This document shows positions 9,592 to 18,274 of a stretch of DNA of 64,000 bases, piece by piece. Source of the DNA: an uncultured Paenibacillaceae bacterium (GTDB lineage: Bacteria; Bacillota; Bacilli; Paenibacillales; CALAME01). Where the stretch lies: assembly GCA_937925675.1 (NCBI GenBank), contig CALAME010000020.1, positions 15,289 to 79,288 on the forward strand, in the 5' to 3' direction. Both the position numbers and the translations under genes were made by a program. The stretch's first letter is position 1, and each line of letters starts with the position of its first letter. The notes under the pieces were generated by a model. The model made no database searches, was not told the origin of the DNA, and worked only from the letters and a program-made list of their open reading frames with translations.

Positions 9592-10854
9592 TCAGAATTG
9601 GGGGTTCATCCTGCTGACATACCGCTCCATCGCTTTCATCACCGCATACTTGACATGCGCATAGGTGAGCCCGCCTTGCATAAATGCGGTATATGGCGGT
9701 CGAATGGGAGCATCCGCTGTCAGTTCCAGACTTCCCCCCTGCATAAATGTGCCAGCCGCCATAATGACCGGGTGGTCATAACCGGGCATTTCGGAAGGTT
9801 CCGGCACGACATGGGCGTCGATCGCAGACGCCGCCTGGATCGAGCGCACGAAATCGATCAATGCCGACTCGTCCCCGAAATGTACGGCCTGGATCAAATC
9901 GGTGCGCGGATCGTTCCAGAGCGGGTCGGTTTTCAATCCGGCTTTCTCGAACATTGCGGCGGCAAATACGCTGCCTCTTAATGCCTGCCCCACAATCAGC
10001 GGAGCAAGAAACAGCCCCTGGAAAATGGAGCGGGTTGTACCGAGCATGGCCCCCAACTCATTCCCCAATCCCGGCGCAGTCAGACGGTGACTGGCCAGTT
10101 CCACCCATTCTTTTTTGCCGGCGATGTAGCCTCCGGTAACAACGATGCCGCCCCCGGGATTTTTGATCAACGAGCCGGCGATCAGATCCGCACCGACATC
10201 CGTCGGCTCTTTGGTCTCTGCGAATTCTCCATAGCAATTGTCAACAAAGATGACAAGATCGGGACGGAGTTGTTTCAAACGGCGTACCATCTCCGCGATC
10301 TCATCGACGGAAAACGAACGGCGCGTGCTGTAACCTCGCGATCTTTGAATGGCTGCCACTTTCGTTTCCGGTTTCAGCGCCCGTTCGACTCCTTCCCAGT
10401 CGACTGAGCCGTCAGGAAGCAGGCTCACTTCATCATAACCGATCTTCCAATCGGCCAGCGTTCCGCTGCCTCCTCCATTGACCCCGATTACATTGCACAA
10501 GGTGTCATAAGGTGTGCCCGTCACCGACAGCATCCGCTCCCCCGGTCTTAACACGCCAAAAAGGGCGGTGGCAATCGCATGCGTTCCCGATACGAAATGC
10601 GGGCGCACAATGGCCGCTTCCGCACCGAACACGTCCGCGTACACGGCATCCAGCGTCTCGCGTCCGATATCGTTGTACCCGTAACCGGTGGAATCCTGGA
10701 AATGAAAATCACTGACCCGATGTTTCTGGAACGCTTCGAGCACTTTCCACTGATTCTGTTCGACAATTTGCTCGATGCGTTGTACAGCAGGTGCAATCTG
10801 AGCTTCCACTTCTTTCGCCCATTGCTGGATGTCAAAGTTGATGTTCTGATTCAT
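9592..10854 (-). CDS. ynbB: PLP-dependent Cys/Met-metabolism family protein (aluminium-resistance / YnbB-like)
   Basis: 420 aa. Its position between hflX and glnR matches B. subtilis ynbA-ynbB-glnR-glnA. Aminotransferase-fold-like sequence (VSGTHAIATALFGVL, FVDNCYGEF, GSLIKNPGG). Confidence 0.75.
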   Translation of the reverse strand: MNQNINFDIQQWAKEVEAQIAPAVQRIEQIVEQNQWKVLEAFQKHRVSDFHFQDSTGYGYNDIGRETLDAVYADVFGAEAAIVRPHFVSGTHAIATALFGVLRPGERMLSVTGTPYDTLCNVIGVNGGGSGTLADWKIGYDEVSLLPDGSVDWEGVERALKPETKVAAIQRSRGYSTRRSFSVDEIAEMVRRLKQLRPDLVIFVDNCYGEFAETKEPTDVGADLIAGSLIKNPGGGIVVTGGYIAGKKEWVELASHRLTAPGLGNELGAMLGTTRSIFQGLFLAPLIVGQALRGSVFAAAMFEKAGLKTDPLWNDPRTDLIQAVHFGDESALIDFVRSIQAASAIDAHVVPEPSEMPGYDHPVIMAAGTFMQGGSLELTADAPIRPPYTAFMQGGLTYAHVKYAVMKAMERYVSRMNPQF

Positions 10855-12161
10855 GGTTCTGTTTCAGCCCTTCCCTTCCCATCCGCATGTTCATAAGGCA
10901 GTAACCGACTTCTGTATTTTTCATATTGGGATGAATCGACGCGAACCTCTACGAATGTGTGCTCCTGATCGTGTTTCATTTTCAGCACTTCACCGATCCG
11001 GTGTAGCATCGACAAGCTTTCTCCATCGGTAACAGGCAGCCTGAACGACATGATCTCCCCCGGCAACTGATCATCGATCGCCTGTTTCAATCGTTCCACA
11101 TCTTCATCCCGGAACGCCGAAATACAAAGATATGGGCCATCCGTCGCCAACAATTCGCGCTGATGCTCCTCGCACAGATCCATTTTGTTAAACACGGTCA
11201 GGCGCCTGTCTTGAGAAGCACCCAGATCATCCAGTACGCGCCGGACGACCATGAGTTGCTCGTACCAGTCGGGAGCTGAACCATCAACGACGATGACAAG
11301 CAGGTCAGCTTCCAGCACTTCTTCCAGAGTCGCCCGAAACGCCCGCACGAGTTCGTGCGGCAAATCTTGAATAAAGCCGACCGTATCAGAAACGAGAATA
11401 TCGCGGCCGGTGGGCAGGTGAGCGCGCCTCGTCATCGGATCCAGCGTGGCGAACAGCTTGTCCTCCACGTGCGCATCATCTGAATGAGTCAACTGTCTCA
11501 ACAGCGTCGACTTGCCGGCATTGGTATAACCGACAAGCGCCACCTGGTACAAGCCGCTCCGATTTCTGCCCTCGCGCTGCAGGCGACGGTGGCGAACCAC
11601 CGTCACCAGTTTGCGCTCCAGTTCACGAATGCGGCGGTGAATATGACGGCGATCCGTCTCCAGCTTCGTCTCCCCGGGACCGCGCGTACCGATACCGCCG
11701 CCAAGGCGAGACAAATTTTTGCCGTGTCCGGCCAGGCGCGGCAACAAATAGTTGAGCTGGGCAAGTTCGACCTGGATTTTCCCCTCGCTTGTGCGCGCTC
11801 GCGCCGCGAAAATATCCAGGATCAATTGCGTGCGGTCGATAATTTTGACATCGAGCACCTGTTCTAGATTGCGAACTTGCATGCCGGACAGCTCCTGGTT
11901 GAAAATGACGGTATCCGGTTCCAGCTCCAGCACAAGTTCGCGCAATTCCTCCACTTTCCCCCGTCCGATCAGCCAGCGTGGATCGACACGGTCTTTATGT
12001 TGTACGACGGATGCCAATACGTTTAAGCGTGCCGTCTGCGCCAGTTGCTCCAGTTCTTCCAGCGAACGACGCGCGCGTTCGACAGAATGATGCGGGTCTT
12101 TGAGCAACAGGCTGACGAGGATCGCACGTTCCTCCCCGCGATTGTCTTCCGCCCTATGCAT
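10851..12161 (-). CDS. hflX: GTPase HflX
   Basis: G1 motif GYTNAGKSTLL, G3 motif DTVGF, NKMD, and the HflX N-terminal domain. Shares a 4-nt overlap with ynbB. Confidence 0.9.
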   Translation of the reverse strand: MHRAEDNRGEERAILVSLLLKDPHHSVERARRSLEELEQLAQTARLNVLASVVQHKDRVDPRWLIGRGKVEELRELVLELEPDTVIFNQELSGMQVRNLEQVLDVKIIDRTQLILDIFAARARTSEGKIQVELAQLNYLLPRLAGHGKNLSRLGGGIGTRGPGETKLETDRRHIHRRIRELERKLVTVVRHRRLQREGRNRSGLYQVALVGYTNAGKSTLLRQLTHSDDAHVEDKLFATLDPMTRRAHLPTGRDILVSDTVGFIQDLPHELVRAFRATLEEVLEADLLVIVVDGSAPDWYEQLMVVRRVLDDLGASQDRRLTVFNKMDLCEEHQRELLATDGPYLCISAFRDEDVERLKQAIDDQLPGEIMSFRLPVTDGESLSMLHRIGEVLKMKHDQEHTFVEVRVDSSQYEKYRSRLLPYEHADGKGRAETEP

Positions 12162-12176
12162 ACGCCCACCCCTTGC

Positions 12177-13154
12177 TCAGAACTTGAAATCTTCGGGCAT
12201 CAGGCTCATCAATTCCTGCCTGCCCGGCTGCCTGCCGCTCATTCTCAGCAGACGCACCGCCTGGTTGCGAATCGATTTTTCAATCAGGTTGCGCACATAG
12301 CGGGCGTTGCTGAAATCTTCCTTCCCCTTCGCTTTCGCCTCAATCAGATGGTGTTTCAGCTTCATGACGGTCTGCGGCAGCATCGTATATTCATTCTCTT
12401 TGGCCATGTTCATGGCGATCTGGATCAACTCGTCTACGGTGTAATCCGGAAAATCGATGTGGATCGGCACGCGGGATGGCAAACCGGGATTCATGCGTAA
12501 AAAGCGATCCATTTCTTGCGGATAACCGGCCAAGATCAGCACAAAACGGTCCTTGTAATCTTCCATCGCCTTGACGAGCACCTCGACCGCTTCCTTGCCG
12601 AAATCCCGATGCCCGCCGCGGGCGAGACTGTAGGCTTCATCAATGAACAGCACACCGCCCATCGCCTTTTTGATCAATTCTCGCGTTTTCTGAGCGGTGT
12701 GCCCGATGTATTCGCCGACGAGATCCGCACGCTCCGCTTCGATCAGGTGGCCTTTTTCCAGCATATTCAACGAACGGAACAGCTTGCCGACGATTCGGGC
12801 CACCGTCGTTTTGCCCGTGCCTGGATTGCCTTTGAAGACCATATGGTACATCTGCTGGCTCCGGGACAATCCCGCCTGTTCGCGCATCTGGTTGACCTTG
12901 ATCAAAGCATAAATCTCGTAAACGACTTCTTTGACACAGTCAAGTCCAACGAGCCGATCCAGTTCCTGCCAGATTTCGTGGAACGGTTCATCTTCTGCAG
13001 GAAATTTTTCCTGCACCGCGGGCTGCGATCGGTCGGTCCATGGAGCTGCAGCCGGTTCCGCATGTCTGAAAACCACACTGATCTGACGCTTTTTTGTGGA
13101 AATGACCTGAGTGGGAGCCGTGGATGTAGCGATCGGTAACGTGCGTTCGTGCAT
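12177..13154 (-). CDS. spoVK: AAA+ ATPase, stage V sporulation protein K
   Basis: Walker A GNPGTGKTTVA and Walker B VLFIDEAY. Synteny with hflX. Start set to ATG at 13154 (SD AGGTGA 7 nt upstream). This gives ~325 aa and removes the overlap with the upstream gene. Confidence 0.85.
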   Translation of the reverse strand: MHERTLPIATSTAPTQVISTKKRQISVVFRHAEPAAAPWTDRSQPAVQEKFPAEDEPFHEIWQELDRLVGLDCVKEVVYEIYALIKVNQMREQAGLSRSQQMYHMVFKGNPGTGKTTVARIVGKLFRSLNMLEKGHLIEAERADLVGEYIGHTAQKTRELIKKAMGGVLFIDEAYSLARGGHRDFGKEAVEVLVKAMEDYKDRFVLILAGYPQEMDRFLRMNPGLPSRVPIHIDFPDYTVDELIQIAMNMAKENEYTMLPQTVMKLKHHLIEAKAKGKEDFSNARYVRNLIEKSIRNQAVRLLRMSGRQPGRQELMSLMPEDFKF

Positions 13155-13230
13155 CGTGGCATCACCTCGTAACATGAAGTGATTCCAGTATACGCAAACG
13201 CCCAGAAAAAGTGATTCCGTAAGTGACAAA

Positions 13231-14091
13231 TCACGGCAGAAATGCCGCACGGCCGCACTTGACACGATCGGGCGGAAAATGTCGCAACATGTCCAGGCGC
13301 ACCCGTTCTAGCACCTCTTCCCCGTACCATGCTTCCCAGCTGTTTTGCGTAAAAAAAGATTTCATGCCGAGACTTTCGCTGCGTTTGCCGTTCATGCCGT
13401 CTCCGGAAAATCCGTCGATGCCGACGCGTTCGGCCGCATCGTACAAACGGGCGGCAAACTGGTCGGAATAAGGCATGACCGGTGCGATCGTCGCCTGGAC
13501 GTCGATGCCCTGCTCACGCATTTTCTCCAGCGCACGAAAACGAGCGGCAACAGGAGGCGACTGGGGAGCCACCTTTCTGCGCACGTCTTCCCGATCCGTC
13601 TCCACGGTCACGCTGACACGCACCCGCTTGCCAAGCTCAACAAACAGATCGGTGTCACGCATGACGAGCGGACTGCGCGTCTGCACCCACAAAAAATCGG
13701 GAGGTTCATCGCACATGGCCTCCAACAAGCGGCGTGTCACTTGCTCCCGGTATTCAGCCGGCTGATACGGGTCGGTTGCCGACGACATGAAAATGAAAAC
13801 CTTGCCTCTTTCCTTCGCCCGCCTCAGCTCACGGGCAAGTTGTGAAGCCGGATTCGTTTTCATGTCCACCCAGCTTCCCCACGGTTCCTGTCGAAAAAGG
13901 GCAACCGGCATTTTCCTGACGTAGCAGTAAGTGCAGGCGAAGGCGCAACCGACATAAGGGTTCAGCGTATGGGTATACCCTTCCAAATAACCGCCGGTTG
14001 AAGTTAAAAGACGTGTCGGCTCAGTGCGCCGGTAATGAACATGTCCCCTTTTTTTCACCTTGCTACACTCCTGTCCGCCCGGATTGAACAA
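13231..14091 (-). CDS. Radical SAM protein of the SPL / COG1533 'DNA repair photolyase'-like group
   Basis: CxxxCxxC cluster motif in NPYVGCAFACTYCYV. Confidence 0.7.
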   Translation of the reverse strand: MFNPGGQECSKVKKRGHVHYRRTEPTRLLTSTGGYLEGYTHTLNPYVGCAFACTYCYVRKMPVALFRQEPWGSWVDMKTNPASQLARELRRAKERGKVFIFMSSATDPYQPAEYREQVTRRLLEAMCDEPPDFLWVQTRSPLVMRDTDLFVELGKRVRVSVTVETDREDVRRKVAPQSPPVAARFRALEKMREQGIDVQATIAPVMPYSDQFAARLYDAAERVGIDGFSGDGMNGKRSESLGMKSFFTQNSWEAWYGEEVLERVRLDMLRHFPPDRVKCGRAAFLP

Positions 14092-14185
14092 AACTCGCCA
14101 TTGTTATGCAAGTTTCATGACGCGGTCACTGTCGCTTTTGACATTTTATCAAAAATACGGTTCTCAAACCACTGTCTATTGCGCG

Positions 14186-14830
14186 TCAGCCATTTTTCTG
14201 GGAATCGAGATGGCCATATCCCAGTTCGGCAACCTTGCTGGCAATCACGGCATGTCCCCGGGAGTTCGGATGCAACCCGTCCAATGCAATCAGTTCTGGC
14301 TCACGATGGAGGAAAGCCTTGTAAATTCGCGCTACCCGAATCCGTCCATTTTCCAGTCTGCGGATGTTCTGATTAAAACGCTGCACCCAAACGGCACCTT
14401 CGGGCATGTACGGAAACGGATTGTACAGTTCGATCATGCGGATGATATAGGGAGATTTCCGCTCCTGTTTCAAACGTTCAATATAGTGGATAAGAAGCTG
14501 CAAATGACGTGTACAATGGTTGAGCGCTTCCCAAAAAAATTTCGGATCCGGGATATGCGAAAACGAGCGGGCCGCCTGGATCAAATCGTTGCCCCCTGCT
14601 GTAATCGTAATAATGTCCGCCTGGCGAACGACGTCGGCCGGTGTATCATACAGCATGTGCAACACTTCATCGCTTCGCGCTCCCATCCGCGCCCGTTCAT
14701 AATAAAGAACCGGACGCTGAAAGTAACGCTCTGTCATCACTCGGTACCTGCTGGTCCATCCCAGTGTCGGCAAGGCGCCAAATCCGACCGTCAGCGAATC
14801 ACCCAGCGCAAAATACTTGATCACGATCAT
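14186..14830 (-). CDS. SGNH/GDSL hydrolase
   Basis: Block I FALGDSLTVG, block III TAGGNDL, and block V DGLHPNSRGH. The start is ambiguous: ATG at 14830 or GTG at 14824. The track ORF extends to 14881. Confidence 0.7.
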   Translation of the reverse strand: MIVIKYFALGDSLTVGFGALPTLGWTSRYRVMTERYFQRPVLYYERARMGARSDEVLHMLYDTPADVVRQADIITITAGGNDLIQAARSFSHIPDPKFFWEALNHCTRHLQLLIHYIERLKQERKSPYIIRMIELYNPFPYMPEGAVWVQRFNQNIRRLENGRIRVARIYKAFLHREPELIALDGLHPNSRGHAVIASKVAELGYGHLDSQKNG

Positions 14831-14971
14831 CCCTCCGCGCCGTGGAACGATTATCCACCATTGTATGCGAAAGCCAAACAAAATGCGCGCCGCCCAAAGG
14901 GACAGCGCGCATTTTGTTGTCTTGCGACTGATCGCCGACGCTTTTTAAGCGTCCGTGCCAATGATGGATGG

Positions 14972-15265
14972 TTATTGGCTGGACAGAAAAGGGATCTGGT
15001 CTGCTTTCGTTCTTTTTCTGCCCAAAAGTGATGGTTGGCCGCATCGAAACCATCGCCTCAATATCCAGTTGTGCATCCTCACTCGACATGCAAAACGGAT
15101 CTTCGACCGGCTTGCTTTCAATTCCTGTGCCTGCGATAACAGCTTGTCCAGGCGTTGACTCAAAGCCACTACTCTCGGATCCGTCAGCGGGATCGGCTGA
15201 CTGACCAAATCATACAACCTTTCGCGCATGGTCTCGATGACGTGATGTAAATCTTCCGCTTCCAT
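14972..15265 (-). CDS. Spo0E-like aspartyl-phosphate phosphatase (sporulation regulator) with a long tail
   Basis: MEAEDLHHVIETMRERLYDLVSQPIPLTDPRVVALSQRLDKLLSQAQ fits the Spo0E helical hairpin pattern, including the SQxLD motif. Confidence 0.55.
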   Translation of the reverse strand: MEAEDLHHVIETMRERLYDLVSQPIPLTDPRVVALSQRLDKLLSQAQELKASRSKIRFACRVRMHNWILRRWFRCGQPSLLGRKRTKADQIPFLSSQ

Positions 15266-15376
15266 GGTCTTCTCCTACTCACTTCAATTTTTCAAACACA
15301 ATGGACATTATATGACGAAAGCCATACAAAAACTGTCAAATGATGTCGGCGAAATTTTGAACTTTGTGTGAACAAT

Positions 15377-16564
15377 TTAGTCAATCGACACATCCGGGTC
15401 GACATCTTTTTCGTAATCGACATTTTCAAATCCGAAGCCGAACAGGCGGAAAAATTCTGCACGGTAACCTTCAATATCAGTCAGTTCATGCAAGTTTTCC
15501 GTATTGACCTTTTCCCACCGTTCGCGCACCAACGCCTGTACATCCTCGCGCATTTCCAGATCATCGATGCGGATGAGTCCCTGCTCATCGACCGGAACGC
15601 CACCTTCCGCATACAGCCGGTCTTTAAATAAGCGAACCATTTGCCCAATACAGTTTTCATGAATATTTTTTTCTTTCATCACTTTGAACAAAAGGGAAAT
15701 GTAAAGCGGAACGACCGGAATCGCTGCGCTGGATTGGGTGACGAGCGCCTTGTTGACAGATACGTAGGCTGCTCCCCCAGATTTGGAAAGCCGATCGTGA
15801 AGCCGCCGCGCCGTCTGTTCAAGATCAAGCTTGGCTCGCCCGATCGTGCCTTCCCGGTAAATCGGGTAAGTCAGCTCAGGTCCGATATACGAATATGCGA
15901 CCGTCTTGACATCATCCGCGAGCACGCCTGCTTCCTGCAATGCGTCGATCCACATTTCCCAATCTTCCCCGCCCATGACGGCAATCGTGTGCCGAATTTC
16001 TTCCTCCGTAGCGGGTTCAATCGTCACATCTGTCACGACACCGTTGTGAAAATCAACCGTCTTGTTCGTATATGCAGCACCGATCGGTTTCAGCACGGAT
16101 GTGAACGTTTCTTTAGTTTTCGGGTGAACCCGTCTCGGCGCTGCCAGACTGTAAATGACAAGATCGACTTTTTTTCCTCTCCGCTTGATCGCGTCGATCA
16201 CCTGCGCCTTGATCTCATCGGAAAAGGCATCGCCGATAATGCTTTCGGAATAGAGTCCGGCCTCTTTGGCCTCCCGCTCAAAAAAGGCTGTATTGTACCA
16301 TCCTGCTGTTGCGGTCCGTTTGCCGGAGGCTGGACGCTCAAACGCGACCCCGATCGTATCAGCGCCAGCACCGAACGCGGCCGTGATGCGAGAAGCGAGC
16401 CCGTAACCGGTTGAAGCGCCGATGACAAGCGCAAAGCGGGGACCTTTGCCTTCCATCTTTCCATGCTGGCGCACGAAGTCGATCTGCTCCCGAACGTGTT
16501 GCTGGCACCCTGTCGGATGTGCGGTCGTACAAATAAATCCTCTCGTTTTCGGTTCAATGATCAT
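15377..16564 (-). CDS. fabV: Enoyl-ACP reductase FabV (trans-2-enoyl-CoA reductase family)
   Basis: MIIEPKTRGFICTTAHPTGCQQHVREQIDFV..., GASTGYGLASRI. Length is ~395 aa. Start set to ATG at 16564 (SD GGAAGGG, 9-nt spacing). Confidence 0.85.
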   Translation of the reverse strand: MIIEPKTRGFICTTAHPTGCQQHVREQIDFVRQHGKMEGKGPRFALVIGASTGYGLASRITAAFGAGADTIGVAFERPASGKRTATAGWYNTAFFEREAKEAGLYSESIIGDAFSDEIKAQVIDAIKRRGKKVDLVIYSLAAPRRVHPKTKETFTSVLKPIGAAYTNKTVDFHNGVVTDVTIEPATEEEIRHTIAVMGGEDWEMWIDALQEAGVLADDVKTVAYSYIGPELTYPIYREGTIGRAKLDLEQTARRLHDRLSKSGGAAYVSVNKALVTQSSAAIPVVPLYISLLFKVMKEKNIHENCIGQMVRLFKDRLYAEGGVPVDEQGLIRIDDLEMREDVQALVRERWEKVNTENLHELTDIEGYRAEFFRLFGFGFENVDYEKDVDPDVSID

Positions 16565-16637
16565 TTCTATCATCCCTTCCCATTCTTTTTCTTTACTTTG
16601 GCAAATCTATTTCTTGATTCGGAGAAATAGAACGGAT

Positions 16638-17120
16638 TTATTCGGCAAAATAGAACGGATATATCGCAAGAGCGATAGCTGCTCCAAACAGAGCTCCGCA
16701 GAAGACCTCAATCGGCTTGTGCCCCAAAATCTCCTTCAATTTGCGGCGTTGATAATGATTGAGTTCACCGGAAGAAGATTTTTTCAAAGACACAAGCAAC
16801 TGATTGAAATCATGCAGAAGCTGGTTTAAGATTTGCGCGTGGTAGCCGGCGTGGCGGCGAACTCCGGTTGCATCATGCATGACGATCGCAGAAAAAACAA
16901 GGCAGATGACAAACAGATTGGAGTCCCATCCTTCCGCCATCCCGACCGCGGTAGTCAAAGCGATCACGGTCGCTGTATGCGAACTCGGCATACCGCCGGT
17001 ACTGAAAAAAAGGGACCACATCCATTTTTTAGAAATAAAAAAATAGATCGGGATTTTGATTGCCTGCGCCAGAACCATGGCGAGCAAAGGGGAAAGCAAA
17101 GTGTATGTAATCATGCTCAA
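16638..17120 (-). CDS. Divergent PAP2 / DUF212 membrane protein (YuiD-like)
   Basis: 160 aa and polytopic, with GGMPSSHTATV and HDATGVRRHAG motifs. Confidence 0.7.
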   Translation of the reverse strand: MSMITYTLLSPLLAMVLAQAIKIPIYFFISKKWMWSLFFSTGGMPSSHTATVIALTTAVGMAEGWDSNLFVICLVFSAIVMHDATGVRRHAGYHAQILNQLLHDFNQLLVSLKKSSSGELNHYQRRKLKEILGHKPIEVFCGALFGAAIALAIYPFYFAE

Positions 17121-17171
17121 AACCCATTTCTCCTCATCGTTGTCTTTCTGTAGTGTATCAAATTTTTCCGC

Positions 17172-17219
17172 AAAGAAAAAGGGAAAGGCCGGGATCGCTA
17201 ACTTTTCATGATCCCGGCC
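17172..17219 (-). terminator. Intrinsic terminator after the small secreted protein gene
   Basis: 10-bp stem ggccgggatc / gatcccggcc with a 13-nt loop. It is followed on the minus strand by tttcccttttt. Confidence 0.55.
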
Positions 17220-17233
17220 AAAGCAAAAAAGAA

Positions 17234-17548
17234 TTAACGGCGCTCGCCTTCGGCGCGATTGCGTCCGAACAGACCTGCCAAACCAATCAGACCGAGCAAA
17301 CCGAGCCAGCCCCAGTTTGTTTCATCAGCAGCTGCCGTCGCACGATAACCGTCGTTAAATCCACGCATGCCCGTATCCGTGTTGTTGTAGCGGACACCAT
17401 CGTCATTCAACGGATTCATATCATTCATATTGACATTTGCACGCCCGTCTCGATTGGCAGCAACTTGATCGTCAGCGGCCAGTGCCTGAATACCGAAAGC
17501 AAATACAAGCGCTACGATCAGAGACAGGGCAATCCATTTTTGGCTCAT
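17234..17548 (-). CDS. Small secreted protein with a C-terminal WGxxGxxG glycine-zipper anchor
   Basis: Signal peptide MSQKWIALSLIVALVFAFGIQALA, a low-complexity N/D/G-rich middle, and the C-terminus NWGWLGLLGLIGLAGLFGRNR. SD GGAGGG lies 7 nt before ATG at 17548. Confidence 0.6.
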   Translation of the reverse strand: MSQKWIALSLIVALVFAFGIQALAADDQVAANRDGRANVNMNDMNPLNDDGVRYNNTDTGMRGFNDGYRATAAADETNWGWLGLLGLIGLAGLFGRNRAEGERR

Positions 17549-17665
17549 GCTAAATCCCTCCATATTGAGATTTTCAACTTATAGCATGAACCAAATTGAA
17601 AAATTTATCCGTCATATGGAAAAATCGAAGACAAACGGGGCTGGCCAGGCCGGCGGATCGGCCGG

Positions 17666-18274
17666 CTATTCGTCCAGATAGCCTTTTCGTACAGCATCAT
17701 CGATCAGCAAACGGGCAAATTCCCACAGTGCAGACGATCCTTCTTCGATGTGACGGTTGCGCTCGTAGACTTGGCGGGAACGCACATCGTGCGCTTTCCA
17801 TGCTTTCCCTTCACTCAAGTAATTCAAAAGCATGGGCTGGAGCCGATCCAGTGCAGCGGCAAATCGTGCGGCAGGTGTTTTCCGCTCTTCGAATTCCCGC
17901 CACAGTCCGTAAATTTCTTCGCGTTGGTCAGGCGGGAGCATGGAAAACAAACGTTGTGCCGCTTTTTCCTCCCGCTCCTCTTTGTCGCGCAATCCGTCAT
18001 CATCGTAGGCAAACGTATCACCCGCGTCGATTTCCACGATATCGTGGATAATCAACATTTTGATGACACGCAACAGGTCGCCTTCGGAGAGAGAAGTATT
18101 GGCATGTTCATGTAACAAGATCGCCATCAATGCCAGATGCCATGAATGTTCGGCATCATTTTCCCTTCGTTTTCCTCCCGCTGTATACGTTTGCCGCAAT
18201 ACATCCTTCAACCGGTCCGTTTCTTTGATAAACTCGATCTGTCTGATTAACCGCTTGTTACCGTTCGACATCAA
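17666..18274 (-). CDS. HD-domain phosphohydrolase (YfbR-like)
   Basis: ENDAEHSWHLALM ... IHDIVEIDAGD. Confidence 0.75.
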   Translation of the reverse strand: MMSNGNKRLIRQIEFIKETDRLKDVLRQTYTAGGKRRENDAEHSWHLALMAILLHEHANTSLSEGDLLRVIKMLIIHDIVEIDAGDTFAYDDDGLRDKEEREEKAAQRLFSMLPPDQREEIYGLWREFEERKTPAARFAAALDRLQPMLLNYLSEGKAWKAHDVRSRQVYERNRHIEEGSSALWEFARLLIDDAVRKGYLDE

